A stretch of DNA of 63,647 bases, counting the filler, from Choristocarpus tenellus KU-1152 (taxonomy: Eukaryota > Protista > Phaeophyceae), in assembly GCA_964200185.2 (NCBI GenBank). It is 9 parts of 9 records of this genome, joined end to end, with 100 filler letters (N's around TTAATTAATTAA, not from the genome) between each part and the next. Parts side by side here need not be neighbours in the genome. Positions count along the whole stretch, not along the records: positions 9,928 to 32,260 come from CAXNAD020000290.1; positions 32,361 to 40,729 come from CAXNAD020004798.1; 7 more parts are not named here. The stretch is one strand, 5' to 3'. The notes below the pieces were generated by a model that was not told the DNA's origin, made no database searches, and saw only the letters and a list, made by a program, of their open reading frames with translations. This document shows positions 25,754 through 39,100 of this stretch, piece after piece. Within the stretch, counting starts at the first letter, position 1; each line of letters begins with the position of its first letter. A program made the translations under genes and the position numbers.

Positions 25754-27629
25754 CCAAATATCTCCTGAGATTGAACTGTGAAAGCGTGATGGTAATAACG
25801 AACAGAGCATTCAAGTTGGTTTTTTCCCATTTACAAGAAGAATAATCACATGACTACACTATTTTACATCCACTGACACCGTGGATTTTGTCGGCGGGAG
25901 GCAAAGACATCACACTATGAACACAAGAGATTCTGTCTCTATTCAAATATGGCACTGCTCCACTCAACACAGCATCTTATGAGAGGTTGGGGGGCACGAT
26001 CACTTCTTATGATCAAATATGCAATTGATTGGTAGGTCTTCTGCCTTACGGTACTGCCTTGTAGCGTCCCATGAACCACTTATCTCATACCACTAGCCTG
26101 CGAAACTTCCTGGGCTAGGTTTGCTGTGCCCGCTGCTGCTGTAAGGGGCTTTTTCTGTAGCATATTGTCCCTTGGTACTTCAGAGGCAGTCTTTACGTGC
26201 CACTCCCTTTGCTATCTCCAGTGCTTTGCTTCTGCATCTCTACTGCCTGTGGCATCAACATCTTCTGCTCTGATCTTTTGGTTGTCACCTACCTGGATGC
26301 ACCACATCTTCACTTCGTGTCTCAAGGGCAATCATCCTTGCTTGCCCTATATCATATGTTTAGAAAGTTCTATGTTTGGATAGGGTAGTCGCTTACAACA
26401 TCTCCTTCATGTGCATATTACATTAACTCCTACCCCATCTGAAACACCCTAGTGCAAGCCAGTTCTTTTCCCTTCTAGTTCCAAGTCATCCCTCCACTCA
26501 GCATCAATCTGGCTCATACACACCCACACATGCAGAGCAACTACATGCCTAGGCCACACATCCTCACCATTGCAAAGTTCCTTTGATGACAATAAAAAGT
26601 GCAGCTGCCCAATCTGACCCAACCCTGCCAGTTGCCCATGAAAAAAGAAGAGCAACGAAGCCTTGCGATTGCATATGATTGCTCAATAGCCCTCCAAGCA
26701 TCAATCATCCCTCCTGAGTGCTACCGATTTCTCACGAAAAGCAGAGAAAAAAATCAGCGGCAGGCACCAGACCATTATGTTGTCTGTGGTAATGCTGCCG
26801 AAACCTCCAATTTATGGTTGAAATCGTTGACCCGATGACCTTTTGGCTATGTACTGTACGCTGGATATCTTAGACTACAGTATGTGTAGGGACAGATCAG
26901 AGATGTAGACCAATATGGCCAAATGTTTATTCTATATTGTATGATTGAAGGAATTGAAGGAAAGGAAGATAACTTGTTGAAGTGACGGCTCTTAGTTTAT
27001 CTGTGTCAAAGTGAGAGGTAGGCAGGGTTGCATTTTAAGGACATTCCAAGCAATGGCAAAAAGATACCAATCGGTGCAATTGCAGAAAGAGCCTTCGCAG
27101 AATTGCTGTGTCACTTTGAGTGTGTCAAGGGGTAACATAATTCTTGCATACACTATTGTGCAGATACTAAAGCAATGAAATACTGTGCGGCACAGGGTAG
27201 GAAGGATGTGGGTTGGAATGTAAAAGGGTCCAAACCTGCCGACCTCTCAATTGGCTTGGCTCTCTATTAACAACTAACTTCTTGGAGTTTTTTTTTAAAG
27301 TGTACATCACCTGTCCATCTCATTTCCACACCTCACGTACAAAAAATGCTTACGATTACTTCCATGCCTCCTACAGTATACTATAGTATACATCTACAGT
27401 GATTTTTGTTTCTTCATTCTTCTTTCTCTGACCGCGAATTTGAAGCTATCAGACTTTGTGAAAGGACAAAACTTTAGTGAATGGGCATCATTGTTCTGGA
27501 CAACAGATGCACATAAGGGAAATAAAAGTGCTCAAGTATCTCAAAACAACAGAAACTACAAAGCAAATTCCCCCTGGAACTACCCTAACAATGGACATTA
27601 CATGCAAGCCTAGTGTTTGACAATAGACC

Positions 27630-27930
27630 CTGCAGAGCAAATGAGCTTAGACAAGTACATGGACAACAATGGTTATAGTGTAAGTGCCCCCCAAGCATTA
27701 TCCTGGTAACATCAAAGGATTAAACGGCCCTAATGTTGTCCTGGATAGTTAGGTGCCTCCAGAGCCTCAAATAGAGAGCTAGAACCAAGTACATCACCCA
27801 TATTGAGAGTACATCATATTGGCATCCACGGTCATGGGCAGATATTCTTTCAAGGAAATTTGGCCTCAACAAACAACATAGCACGAGCATTGGGGAGGCA
27901 CATATGCATCTTACTATCTTGCGCTTAACA
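27630..27930 (+). pseudogene. Possible decayed hAT transposase C-terminal (dimerisation) remnant
   Basis: Frameshifted pieces MSLDKYM / ALSW / MLSWIVRCL / STSPILRV / STSIGEAHMHLTILR loosely follow the hATC pattern; weak. Confidence 0.3.
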
Positions 27931-28787
27931 CAATTGTTGGTCATGGAGAATGTTGATCATGGAGAATGTTGGTCATGGAGAACGTTGGCCATGGGGAATG
28001 TTGGTTATGGTGGAAAAGATGCATTTTTGGACAGACAAGTGTGCAAGAGTGAGGATGCAGAACAAAGAGTGGTGGGACGGCCAAACCAAACATGTCAGAA
28101 AAAATCAATAGAAAAGAAGAAATAGTGTCGTGTGCACTGCCATCTGAACATGGGTCAAGGGAGCTAGGTAGGGTGGAGGTGGTGGAGAAGTTCTAGTCAA
28201 AAGTGGGAAAAAACAACAATATTATCGCCAACCCTCTTTATTAAGTACTACCAATGTGTAAGGGTGAATTGCATGCATTTCCTTTTTTTGTTGTGGAGTG
28301 ATTTGAAACATATTTCATTCATTTACTTGTAACAATTTGATCAAACCCAACTGAATTGAATCGTACACAAGCACTGAGTAGCTCAAGGAAGTTTCAAGCG
28401 GTTTACACAGTGAACATATGTGCATCAAAAGAATTAACTTATCGAAAGGATTCATTTACAGTCGAGATACTCATCAACTAAACAAATCGACTCCACTGAA
28501 TCATTGCCGTTCGCGAAAAACCTTTTGGGAAATTGCAGGAACTGCATTAAATCATCTTTTCATTCTAGAGTCCCCTATCATTTTGACTTTCTTGTTGCCA
28601 ATACGAAGCATGACTCGTGCCACACGGGGCAAAACTTCCAAGGCTACAGAATTCCGATCATAAAATATGAAATAAACATTGCTCTTAATGTTAGACCATG
28701 CGATGGCCTGCTTCATTCTAATATACAACCAACACTTGATGAAGAGTACAAACGGATAGCATTACTTCTGTTTGCAATTTGAAAGAG

Positions 28788-30677
28788 TCATCGAAATATT
28801 CTGTTCCACAGTCGGCTTGCCAAAGAGAACACTGCTGCCAAGCCTTGAAACACAGTTGATCCTACAGGATCCTGGACTTCCCTATAACCATTTCCCTCTG
28901 CCCACAGGCCTCTTCCCTGGGCACGTGCACCCTCCTCTACGGCTGCTAGCCTAACAAAATCACCTTTGATACTATCTACCATGGGAAAGGACTCTGCAGG
29001 GCTTTCAGACTTGATGCTATCAAGGGATACCTTTGTGTAACCCTTCACCTCTTCCTCCTCAATCATATCTTCAGTAGAGTAATGCTCCACCCACTGCTCT
29101 TTCCTTAGCTTCCCCAAGCCCTTACTCGGCATGACTTCCCCCACCCCAACGTCACGCTTATTCCAGGCGAATAATTTCCGCTTGCAGTGAAGGTGGCAGA
29201 CTGCAACCAGGGTGGTTGCCTGCTGTAGTGTACACCCAAGGTTGTGATTGCGGGGTGGATATGGAGGAGGGACTACAATCATTCTGGTGTCAAGAGCCTT
29301 GCACTTCTGAACAAGTTGTGCTACGCAAAGGTTGGAGAGATCCGAAAATACGCTGTTTCTTTGAGCACAGAGGGTAGGAGCTATCCAATTTACCATCCTT
29401 CAGGAAACACAGGGCATCTACCTAATACTCCGTTGTTTTACTCAGTCCAACTCTGAAGTGTAATTAATAGTTTGGCTCTTCATGTGTCAGCACTCCTGCA
29501 CAGTAGCAAACAGTTCAAGGCAAACAAAATAATGAATTGGAAGGCCTGTTTGCCTTCCCCTTTATGTATCTTTAGGGAAATATTACATGTGATACAACAA
29601 TCATGTGGTAGTGACATGAAAGAAAAAAAGAACACCTATTGGAAAATACTTTGCTGCATACTCTTAACAGTCATTCCTCCCTAACAAGATACTGCTCTAC
29701 TGCAGCTTAAAAATGACACAGGCTTCAACAGCTAAACAAACTTTTCCGGATTTAATAAGTACTTGAACAAATGCATGGGCACACACACACAAGACCACAC
29801 CTGGTCACCACCAAGGGTTTTGAGATGACTGCCAAGGATCCTATCCTCTCGCAGCAAAAATTCTGCGTAAGCATACTGTGCCTGGAATGGCCTGACCAGT
29901 TCCTCTTCAATCCACCTCAAGCCCTCACTGTTAGCACTGATACCACATAATCGTATGGCAATCATATTTTGTTCTCTCAACCCCTCTCTAAGGAGGAGTG
30001 ATCGAGGAGAGAGCCTGAACAACCGCCGTAGGAAGGTAATGTGCTCTGCAAAGAGAACAACTTCATTTGAATGGGGGGGGAGGAGTATTGTAAGCTCTTG
30101 TCACCATGCACACTATTGCCAGTGTCTGCCTTGTGAGAGTGTGCATGAGTAATGACTGAAAAGTGCCTCACAATTGGCCTGGACAAAACACACAGTTGCT
30201 AACATTCACCACAAATGGTCGGTTTTTCATGTATTACAGGGGAAAATATCCATCAAATGCCATCCTCAGTGCGAAAGCACAGAAAAAGGCACCTTAAGTT
30301 CAAACCCTGACCACAAGACAAGCATGAGCCCCTTGGAGAGATGGGTGATTGCTCCTTTGCTCACCATCAGAGAGGGAAGAGCGGTAGCTTGGGTCACCAG
30401 TACCTCCCCCCTCTCCATGCAGAAGGGGAGAATACCCGTCAATACCGGTTGCTGAGGATGGATTTCTCGGCCGAGTAGTCAAGGGCGCGACACTGGCAAT
30501 ACGGATGCGGATCCGTTTCCGTTTAGAGAAGTATGAGGCAGGCACCTCGGCTGCTGATCCAAAACCGTTAAAACCCCGTCGGTATAGGAGATAGGCGATT
30601 GTTAGCCCCGAACCCACTACCATGGTGCCTGTAGCTGTCCTAATATCGGGCGAGGAGGTCAATGGGCTCTCATTGTG
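28788..30677 (-). CDS. C3orf33/LCL3-like SNase(thermonuclease)-fold protein with N-terminal TM segment; multi-exon
   Basis: Exons ~30677-30365 (VVGSGLTIAYLLYRR..FGSAAEVPASYF), ~30096 or 30045 to 29801 (EHITFLRR..IRLCGISANSEGLRWIEEEL..AEFLLRED), ~29219-28788 (VGEVMPSKGLGK..RLAAVEEGARAQGRGLW). The start codon is uncertain. Confidence 0.7.
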
Positions 30678-32260
30678 ACTGGATCAATGACAGGAGTGGA
30701 TTGTACTCGAATAAGTAACAAAAATCTATCAAGTGTAGGTAAACCCATCACCCAAACCACGAACGCTAGTAGGCGTGAACTATCTCTAGGTTGGAGGGTG
30801 GGCTATGTGGTACATCGTACCCAGCAGCGGAGGAGCCAACAACAAAATTCTGAGCGTATTACAACCTAGTCACCAAAGATACTTAGACAACATGTGAGTC
30901 TTGTACGGCCGCAAAGCTTCGATGACGTAGGTTCGATCAATAGACATGGGGAGCGTTATCCTTTTTTCCCCTATCAAGCATTGCCTACTACATAATGTTT
31001 TATGACACAGGATAGTGGCAAAGCTCACCGGAACAGTCTGGCATTCTCGTCGATAGTATTCGACAACACCTCCACGAAATTCTCGGTCTCTTTATATCTC
31101 TCAAGACCACTGAGAGGATCGTGGGTCTTCTTTTCATTGCTATATCCTTGTCTGTTGGGCTGATCGCCCAATATTCGTGTAGAACGCGAGTAATTCAAAA
31201 CAAAGGATGTACCAGCATTAATAAGAGTGAGTACGATAAACTTAGAAAGTCAACAAATGCATGGTGATTGCAGTATGCCACCCTTCAACGCATATCGACT
31301 CACTATTCTGTCTCTCATACCTCCATCCTCCTTCATATACCGAAGCTTGATCTGAGGGGAGCTGAGTCTATAGCCTACCAGAGAGATGATTATATCCTAC
31401 TCAATTTGTTGTCATCTCAACACCTCCAGAGAAAGTGGTATTAATATGGTATGGGGTGTTTGGACTGTGGACGCCTCTCACGTTCAAGTGGATTGATTCA
31501 CACTAAAATATAACTTCGATCTGTTTGCATTTATGGACAATCACATAAAAAGTTATCTACACATCACCCTGAACATACCTTTCGGTTTGTGGCACTTGCA
31601 CAAGCTTAACTCACCCAAATCTCACATTCAGAGGCCGAATTAGCGAGTGTATCAGTCTCCAATAGCTTCACCAGGGTCGTTTTAGTAGGGTTTGGACCAG
31701 GTCTTAAGGGCAACAGCCAATAATTGTATACCACAAGAGTTATTGAAGGTTGGGGTGTGGGTGGTGTTGAGGGGGGGTGAGGTGCACCCAAGGAAGGGAG
31801 AATGAAAGAAAAGATCGACATGGATGGAAACGGCCTAACCATCAAGTGCACATGGATCCGAACACTTATAAACACACAGGTATCTTGGTCGAGGAAAGCA
31901 GTCCTCCCCTTTTCGATAGATCCCTAATTTCACTCCCATATTCGCTTCCCCTCTAAGTATTTCGCTGACCTCAAGAATCTCTGGTAGACCTCTTCTCCCC
32001 CACCCTCTAGTACTAGTGTCCATTTAGGAGGCTTCTAAGACATTAGTTATCAACGCGCACGATACATGTTCCTATCCCAATGTTAACACTTGTAAGTGTC
32101 ACCTCGTCAATACACCAAACATCGACCATTACCACTCCCAGATCAATAGTTAAATGTATCACATCGTTCCTTGCACACCGCATACTGTTAAAGTATCCCC
32201 AAAATCATCAAAGAACATAAAGGTGATAAACCTGGCGAGATTGCTTGGTGTCTGTAGAGT

Positions 32261-32360
32261 NNNNNNNNNNNNNNNNNNNNNNNNNNNNNNNNNNNNNNNN
32301 NNNNTTAATTAATTAANNNNNNNNNNNNNNNNNNNNNNNNNNNNNNNNNNNNNNNNNNNN
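32261..32360. other. Artificial contig linker
   Basis: N44-TTAATTAATTAA-N44. Confidence 0.97.
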
Positions 32361-32448
32361 GTTGTGTTTTGTTTTTTTTTGTGGGGGCTTGGTCGGTCCG
32401 CGCCCGCCCCGCCCTCCCCCCGCCGCGCGCGCCTCCCGCGGGGGGGGG

Positions 32449-32511
<63 letters not shown>

Positions 32512-32581
32512 CATTCAGAGTCATCTCCAAGAACCACCTATCTCCAACCAATCGATGCTTCACCAACTCACTCCCACCTAC

Positions 32582-35500
32582 CTTTGTAAGAATAGCACCC
32601 ATTGTGGCCAACAGGCATGCAACACACACTCCAGCCACGCTGTCATACACTGGCGAACCATACATCTGGCTCATCCTGTTCGATGTCCCACGTGAGAGCC
32701 ACCACAGGGGGGGTTGAGAGGGAGTAAAAGTTGGAGGGTATCTCGAGTGTCGTGTTGTGCTTACACTAACATTCTTTATCAGTTTGGGTTATCAACACCA
32801 TCAACATCTACTACGTAAAACTTACACTGAAGGCATCCAGGTGGGGGGGCAGCATGGCAGCTTATCTTTTGGCACTCAAAAGAGTGCAACTTGGAGAGGA
32901 ATACAATGCCATCAGCAGGCAAGGGGGGTGCAAGAACTCATGCCAAGAGCAAAGAGGTGAGTACTAATGTTCATTTATCCTCAACGCCTGGCACACACTT
33001 CAAAAAGGATAATAAGACAAGCTAAAAGGTTGTACAAAGAGGTACCAACACTGCAGCACCCCACAGGAGGTTTCAAATGTGCCGAGTGTGTGAAGATGTG
33101 GTCACTCTAAAAACTTTGCATACCTTTTCAAAATCTCTTGCACAAAGTCTGAGATGGGTCGAAAGAGGCCTTGTAGGATGGAACATGCAGAACATCTGTT
33201 TCTTCAAGACTACAGTAGCGCACAACAGGACCTTCTGCTATCAGCATGTTACATCAATTTGTTTACAGAAAAAGCATTGGCACATGCTACAGGACGTCAA
33301 CAATCAAATCACCACCAAAGACAACTGTCCCTTCAGGCCTCTTGGCTGGGGTTGGTAAAGCAGGGAGTGGGGTGGGGGGTGGAGGAATAGCACTTGCCCA
33401 ATGCCAGCAATGGCAATTATGATGCCCGCACAAGCACCACCATCCTCCAGCAGCACTGCCAGAGTGGTCGGGTCCCGCACCTACTTCAACACAGCAATTT
33501 CGAGGATAATGCCATCATCATGTTACACACAGTGACATCAGTCAGGATCTCCAAGATACAAGGGCCTGCCAAGTAATGACATGCGAGTGTGTGTGTGTGT
33601 GTGTGCGCGTGTGTGTGTCGATGTATACAGGCACATAAAGTATGAATTCTTGTGATTGAGAGCAAGGAGGTGGGTGCCATTTAAGGCACCTTCCTCCCCC
33701 ATTTACTTGCCATTTTGATGTGTTGTATTAGAGGCCTTCCCTCGGGACAGGTCTTCATAAATTCTCTAAGTGTGCGTACCAAGACATAGCCATCAACCAC
33801 GAAGCCAAACCCCAGCACACCCCAGGTCTCCCATGAAACCTTCCAACAAAACAGGCAAGAAAGCAAGATCAAGAGACAACGAGCAGAGAGAGGGTAGGTC
33901 AAGGGACACACTCACATACACATACACACACACATAAACACACACACACACACACACACACAATTTTTCTGGAAATTAAGCTTCTATCAATAGTGAAACG
34001 TCTCTCGTACACAGACAAAGCGTGACTCTTTGTAGCCCTCTTTCACAAGCCATTTCTGTCCCTTCCACCACCACCCGAGGGGTTGTAAGACATCATGGCA
34101 GGGAGGGTGTCTAAACGCAGCTACTTCTTTCTAGAGACCATCATCGCAAAATACACCCACGCCCACACGAGCTGGGCGAGGGGTGGAGCGCACACACCCC
34201 TGGAAGATAGATACACGCAGGGGGGAGTAGCACCTTGTGAACGAGCATGGTTGGGTGTAACAGGTCCTGTATGCTGTGCCGTAATGATATGCCTGCACCC
34301 ATCCAGAATGTTCCCAGCGCAGAGATAAGGGACCAGAAGTACACCGACTTGCCTGTGTAAACAAGGTGACGTGGTAACAGTTGATTCTCTTTTTAATGCA
34401 TGTATATTGGGTTCCATGGTTGAGGAAGATGGCGGTCAGGAAAAGCCGGGAGGGTTTTGGTACGATGGTTTAGTGCCACCTACAATAGCAGCAGCTACAA
34501 CAGGGAAACGAAAGCATGAAGGGGTACATGTAGCACCAGGGCATAGGGGTTATTGCAGCAACAGTGAACATTGGCGCATCATTGAACCTGCTGCGTGAGA
34601 CATACGAGTGATTGCATACATCAATCCACACCACCTGTTGTGAAAAGGTAGACAGAGGAGGAGGAGGAGGAGGAGGAGGAGGGTTCATAGACATTGGAAA
34701 GCGACCTACAAAAAAAAATTGGGGGGAACATCACAATGTGGGACCCGTGCACTGGGCTTCAAGGACAGGTGTACAGACTATATATAGTTGATAACATACT
34801 TTGAGAAGATACTGCATTTTAAGATCAACTGGGCCAAGATATGAGACTTGACATAATCTTGAACTGCTCACCCACAAGTTTCACTTCCCTTAGAAATACT
34901 GCGGGTCTGACCCAAAGTATCTGGGGGGGAAGGGGGTCTACACCAGGGTGTCCATCCGACATATGCAACCAAATCACACAAAAATCACGACATGAAAAAA
35001 TTGACCCCAAATGGACAGCCGCCACCCCCGCCCCCCAGATACTTTGAGCCTCTGTAAGGTCAAGTGCTGTCATCCAAGAGTGAGAGCGTCCCAGACATTT
35101 CCCATCTACCTTATATCATAACTCCCCACACTTCCTCATCACCTACTCTCTCACAGAAGTTACCTCTTGCTCTTGACCTGCCAAGGTCCCATTCACCAAA
35201 ATGGGTGCGAGCGGACAAACTGATTTAAAAAAAAAAAGCTTGGTTAGGCCAATACCTCAATCTGAACTAGATTTAAACTATGATTTTCAAATTTCAAATT
35301 ATTATCAGTATTACTATATCTTTCCACCTTATCTGTTGGGACTCCTAGAGATAACCAACACGGCAACATCTATAGTAAAAAGAGACAATGATCTGTACAC
35401 CTCATGATTTGGAAGCAGGGTTCAGCAAGGGTATAGGTTCCTGAAGCGCTAGCTACTAAGAGCTGATTGGCATTGAGCCAAGTTCTGCTCATTAAATAAT

Positions 35501-37897
35501 ACACTGAGGAGTATTTCCTTTGGAACAGAAGGTGCTACAGTTTTGTGAGGCAGGCAGGAGTGATCAGTAGTAGGATACTATAGGTGTATGAAATGTGGTG
35601 AGCTATTATGTTTTATACTTAGTTTTAGAGGGTTGTTCAAGTCATGAGGTGTGAATACTACTTATTTGTTCAAGCACACACCACCCAAGTGACATATTAG
35701 TCAAAGCCTCGTGCATACTTGCCTCAAAAAGCAAAGGATGCATACAGAATGTATTGACGTTACCAACCCAGAACACTTTTCAGATTTCCTCTGTTCAGAT
35801 ACCCTCACAAGGAAATATTGTGAGTAAAAAAAAGGATATTATCAATTAAATCAACCGCTCAAAATATAGTCTTATCTCAATTGAAAGTTGTACACAGTGT
35901 ACTAATCAAGGTGCACAACACACTGGGCGCCACGAGGAAATTCTAACAGAGCACATTACAGACATGCAAACCAGGAAATAACCCATCAAATTTCACTCGT
36001 TGATTCTTGATGTCGATCATCCTCAATTTAATCGAAAGGTTCAAGAGGTCAGGTACACTTTAAAAATGTGAAGTGCCTTCCCCACCCCTGAGTGGTGACA
36101 GTTTTCAGGGATGGAGAAAGCAATCCAGAATTTTCTGACTTCACACTATATCTGGACTGTTAATGGAGGTGCATGGAGCGAACTGTGCTCACCTTGAGGC
36201 CTCAAAAAAAAGAGTCAATACACAGAGGCAACTCTGTGTTTGAATGGCATGAGATGAGGAGGGCAAGGGCTAGCCGTTATCCAACTATTCAGCACACTGA
36301 TGGCTCACGGAGGGGTGTTGATCTTCCTTGAGGGGTCTTTACACACACATACTTTACACAGAAGCACGCCGTGGATGTTACATGCGTGCATGAGCATGTA
36401 ATGTACTAGATATTAACAACCCCACTCACCCACCCCCTCCCACGCTTGGCAGAGGTCCAGACAACATCTTGAAGGGGTATACACTTTACACGATTTAATC
36501 CACTCGACTCAAATCAATAGACAACCAAGAGAATCAGATAATCGGAATTTCATAAACCTGCCATGATCGCAACTCTAATGATCACACAAGCAGTGCCTGA
36601 GGTGTCAGATTTGTCAAGCTCAATGGAAGGACCATACAGGGAGCCCACCATAGCCATACTGGTGTCTCTTGTCAGGAGCCGTGGATGCCGTGTGCAGTCC
36701 AACAAGTAGCAATGCCTGGTTCCCAGAGTCCACAAGGGAGTGCACTGCCTCTGACAGCATTGCACTGGAACCACTATGCCAGTATGACAAAAACTTAGCC
36801 AAGGTGATGGCAAGGTTGCCGGCCAAAGCCACCTGCAGAATCAGAGGGCACCCACGGTCTGATGACACTTCAATTGGATTCACAAATTCGCGACTCCGTG
36901 TAAGGGCAGGAACACAGTGAGGTGCATTTCGGGAACGATATTGAACATATAGCATATACCCTCGAGGTTTGTTTCGGCTTAAAGTAGAGTGCACCCGTGT
37001 ATGGCTAAAAGCAGCGGGGATACAGGATACGGGTTGTCCTTGCGATATCATATGCGACTGTGTCGACTAGAAAACATGATACACAGTTTTTGTTCGGCGT
37101 AAGGTCAATCCACCTGAAAGGCTTAAAAAAAATGAAGGCCTCGATGGAAACACAGCATGCTACTTGGATGCTTGATGACCACCTGTTTCGCCACAAGTTC
37201 CTCATTGCAGACATCATTCAGCAGTCTGGATACTCCCATGTCGCGTTTCGATCGCAATCTGCGCTAAACCGAACTCAAGACCTCTAACCTATGCTATAAG
37301 CCATGCCAACCTTCCCGCCCTCCCCGATCATATATCCGCCCCAAAGTCTCTCACCTTCACCGTTTTGATACTTTTCTGCACCTTGAGATCCCCCTCTCCC
37401 ATTGATCGCTGAGTTTCCTCGTCCATAGAGGGTGCTCCCTCTCGTCGCCGCTTTTTCCATGACTGTAACGAACGCGATGACCCCCTTGCACGAACAATCC
37501 TTATTCCACTCCCCCCTCCCAATCCCTCGCCGGACCGCCCTCTCTCCGATTGCTGAGCCATAGTGCCAGTGTTCTTGTGAGTGGACATTGACAAATGTGA
37601 CAACCGCACAGCTGTGGTTGCATGTGCTCCCGAAATCCCTCTACCCTTATCCTCCCAATACAATCGTAACCACTTGGCAGGTCCATACAACGCATTTTGA
37701 CGGGGCAAATGGTGCCGCACTGGAGGGCTAGTACCCGAGAAACGCGATTGGTGTGGTTGTACTCCATCATGAACTCTGGAACGACAATAAGTACGGGGAG
37801 ATCCCTTGCTTTTTGTCCCCCTAAGATGTTGGAAAGGTGCGTCAATGGGATTCAAGCGTCGGTATAGGGGCCGTACTCCATTTGCTGTACGTGACAT
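32582..37897 (-). CDS. SLC30A9: Cation diffusion facilitator, ZnT9/SLC30A9 (plant MTP7)-like zinc transporter; 3' end missing
   Basis: In-frame exons 37897-37355, 36832-36649 (VALAGNLAITLAK..SGSSAMLSEAVHSLVDSGNQALL..HQYGYG), 34352-34234 (KSVYFWSLISALGTFWMGAG), 33839-33711, 33480-33398 (RDPTTLAVLLEDGGAC), 32675-32582 (PVYDSVAG). Confidence 0.85.
34909..35050 (+). mobile_element. Family-C MITE (internally deleted) in a ZnT9 intron
   Basis: TIRs GACCCAAAGTATCTGGGG...CCCCAGATACTTTGAGCC, flanked by TCT on both sides. Confidence 0.85.
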
Positions 37898-38039
37898 GAC
37901 CAGTGAGGGTTCAACTACTGTGACTGCTTCTATTTCCTTGTATCCATGCTGGATTTATAATACTCTCGAGGCCTTCGATTCTAATATTCGAACAGGACGA
38001 ATATTGTGGAGATGGTATGGCATCTAATTCGTATTTTAT

Positions 38040-39100
38040 GTTTACAAAGTACTCCTCAAGGTTTTTGCAAGAAGGCTGGGAGATTGTCAGGAACGGAAGA
38101 ACATAATCCATGAAAAACAGTGTGATTTCAGCGCCGACGCTCCACTGTGGACATGATGTACACCGTACGTGCCCTCCAAGAGGTTGGGCAGAAAAAACAT
38201 GAACCTCTATTTGTGAGTTTTATTGAGCTACACAGAGCATTTGCTTCCATCGACCGAGATCTCCTGAGGGCTGTACTTGCCGAATTTGGAGTGCGTGAGA
38301 ATACGATTTTAATCATCTGCCAATTCGATGATGAAAGGCTGTCATGCGTCTTATGGATGATGGAGAACGTACCCACTGCTTTGAGGTTAAACAGCGCCTT
38401 CAACAAGTGTGTGTGTTTTACCTCCGTTCTCTTCAACATCTTCACTGTATTACAGAATGTAGCGATTAAGGAGATCACCTCTGACCCGGCCATCTCCAAG
38501 GTTCTGTTTGTCGTTAATAAAGGGGACAAAGAAAACAAGGTCGGTGGAACAGGAGGAACAGGTACTGGAATATAATCGCACTAATATTTAATTGCAAAAA
38601 TCCTGTCGGATATGCTTTATGGTGACGATGCCGATATTGTGTCTAAGACCCAAGTCAGGACGATGATAACCATTGTGAAGGTGAGGCCAAACCATCATAT
38701 TGGAGATAAAGATGGAGACCATGTGTCTTCGACCTCCTAGAATGGCAGTAGACATCATACAGATCTGGACGCTGGGCCATAATTACGAGCAAACTGAAAA
38801 GTTTGCTTACCTTGGAGGCACACGAGTGATGAAGTTGCTATCACTACTGAGATCAGCCAAAGGATCCAAAAAGGCTTGGAGTTTTCGAAAATACAGTCAA
38901 TGCCCTATGACAGAACCTCAAGTGTATCACTTCATCTGTAAGGTCCGAATGCTCGAGGTTGAAGTGCTTGGTGTTCTGCTATTTGGTTGTATAATATAGG
39001 AGCACCACCAGGTCCACTATATTTAAGCTTTGCTCCCATCACTGTAAGTTCCTCCTGCATTGCATCAGATTTTGTGGTCAGGAACGCCCCAGGTGATTCC
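38040..39100 (+). pseudogene. Decayed non-LTR retrotransposon (RTE-like LINE) reverse transcriptase
   Basis: RRSTVDMMYTVRALQEVG..PLFVSFIELHRAFASIDR..LAEFGV, SVLFNIF, MLYGDDADIVS (YADD-equivalent), EKFAYLGG, KVRMLEVEV..VLLFGC; several frameshifts and stops. Confidence 0.85.

Noticed and set aside
25850-26840. Possible piggyBac-like transposase remnant on the minus strand
   Set aside because: Only vague motif resemblance (QLHFLLS..KEL, Cys-rich tail); too degraded to support.
32305-32717. Poly-Pro/poly-Gly ORFs
   Set aside because: They derive from a poly-G run at a low-quality contig end; only 32582-32675 is a real exon.
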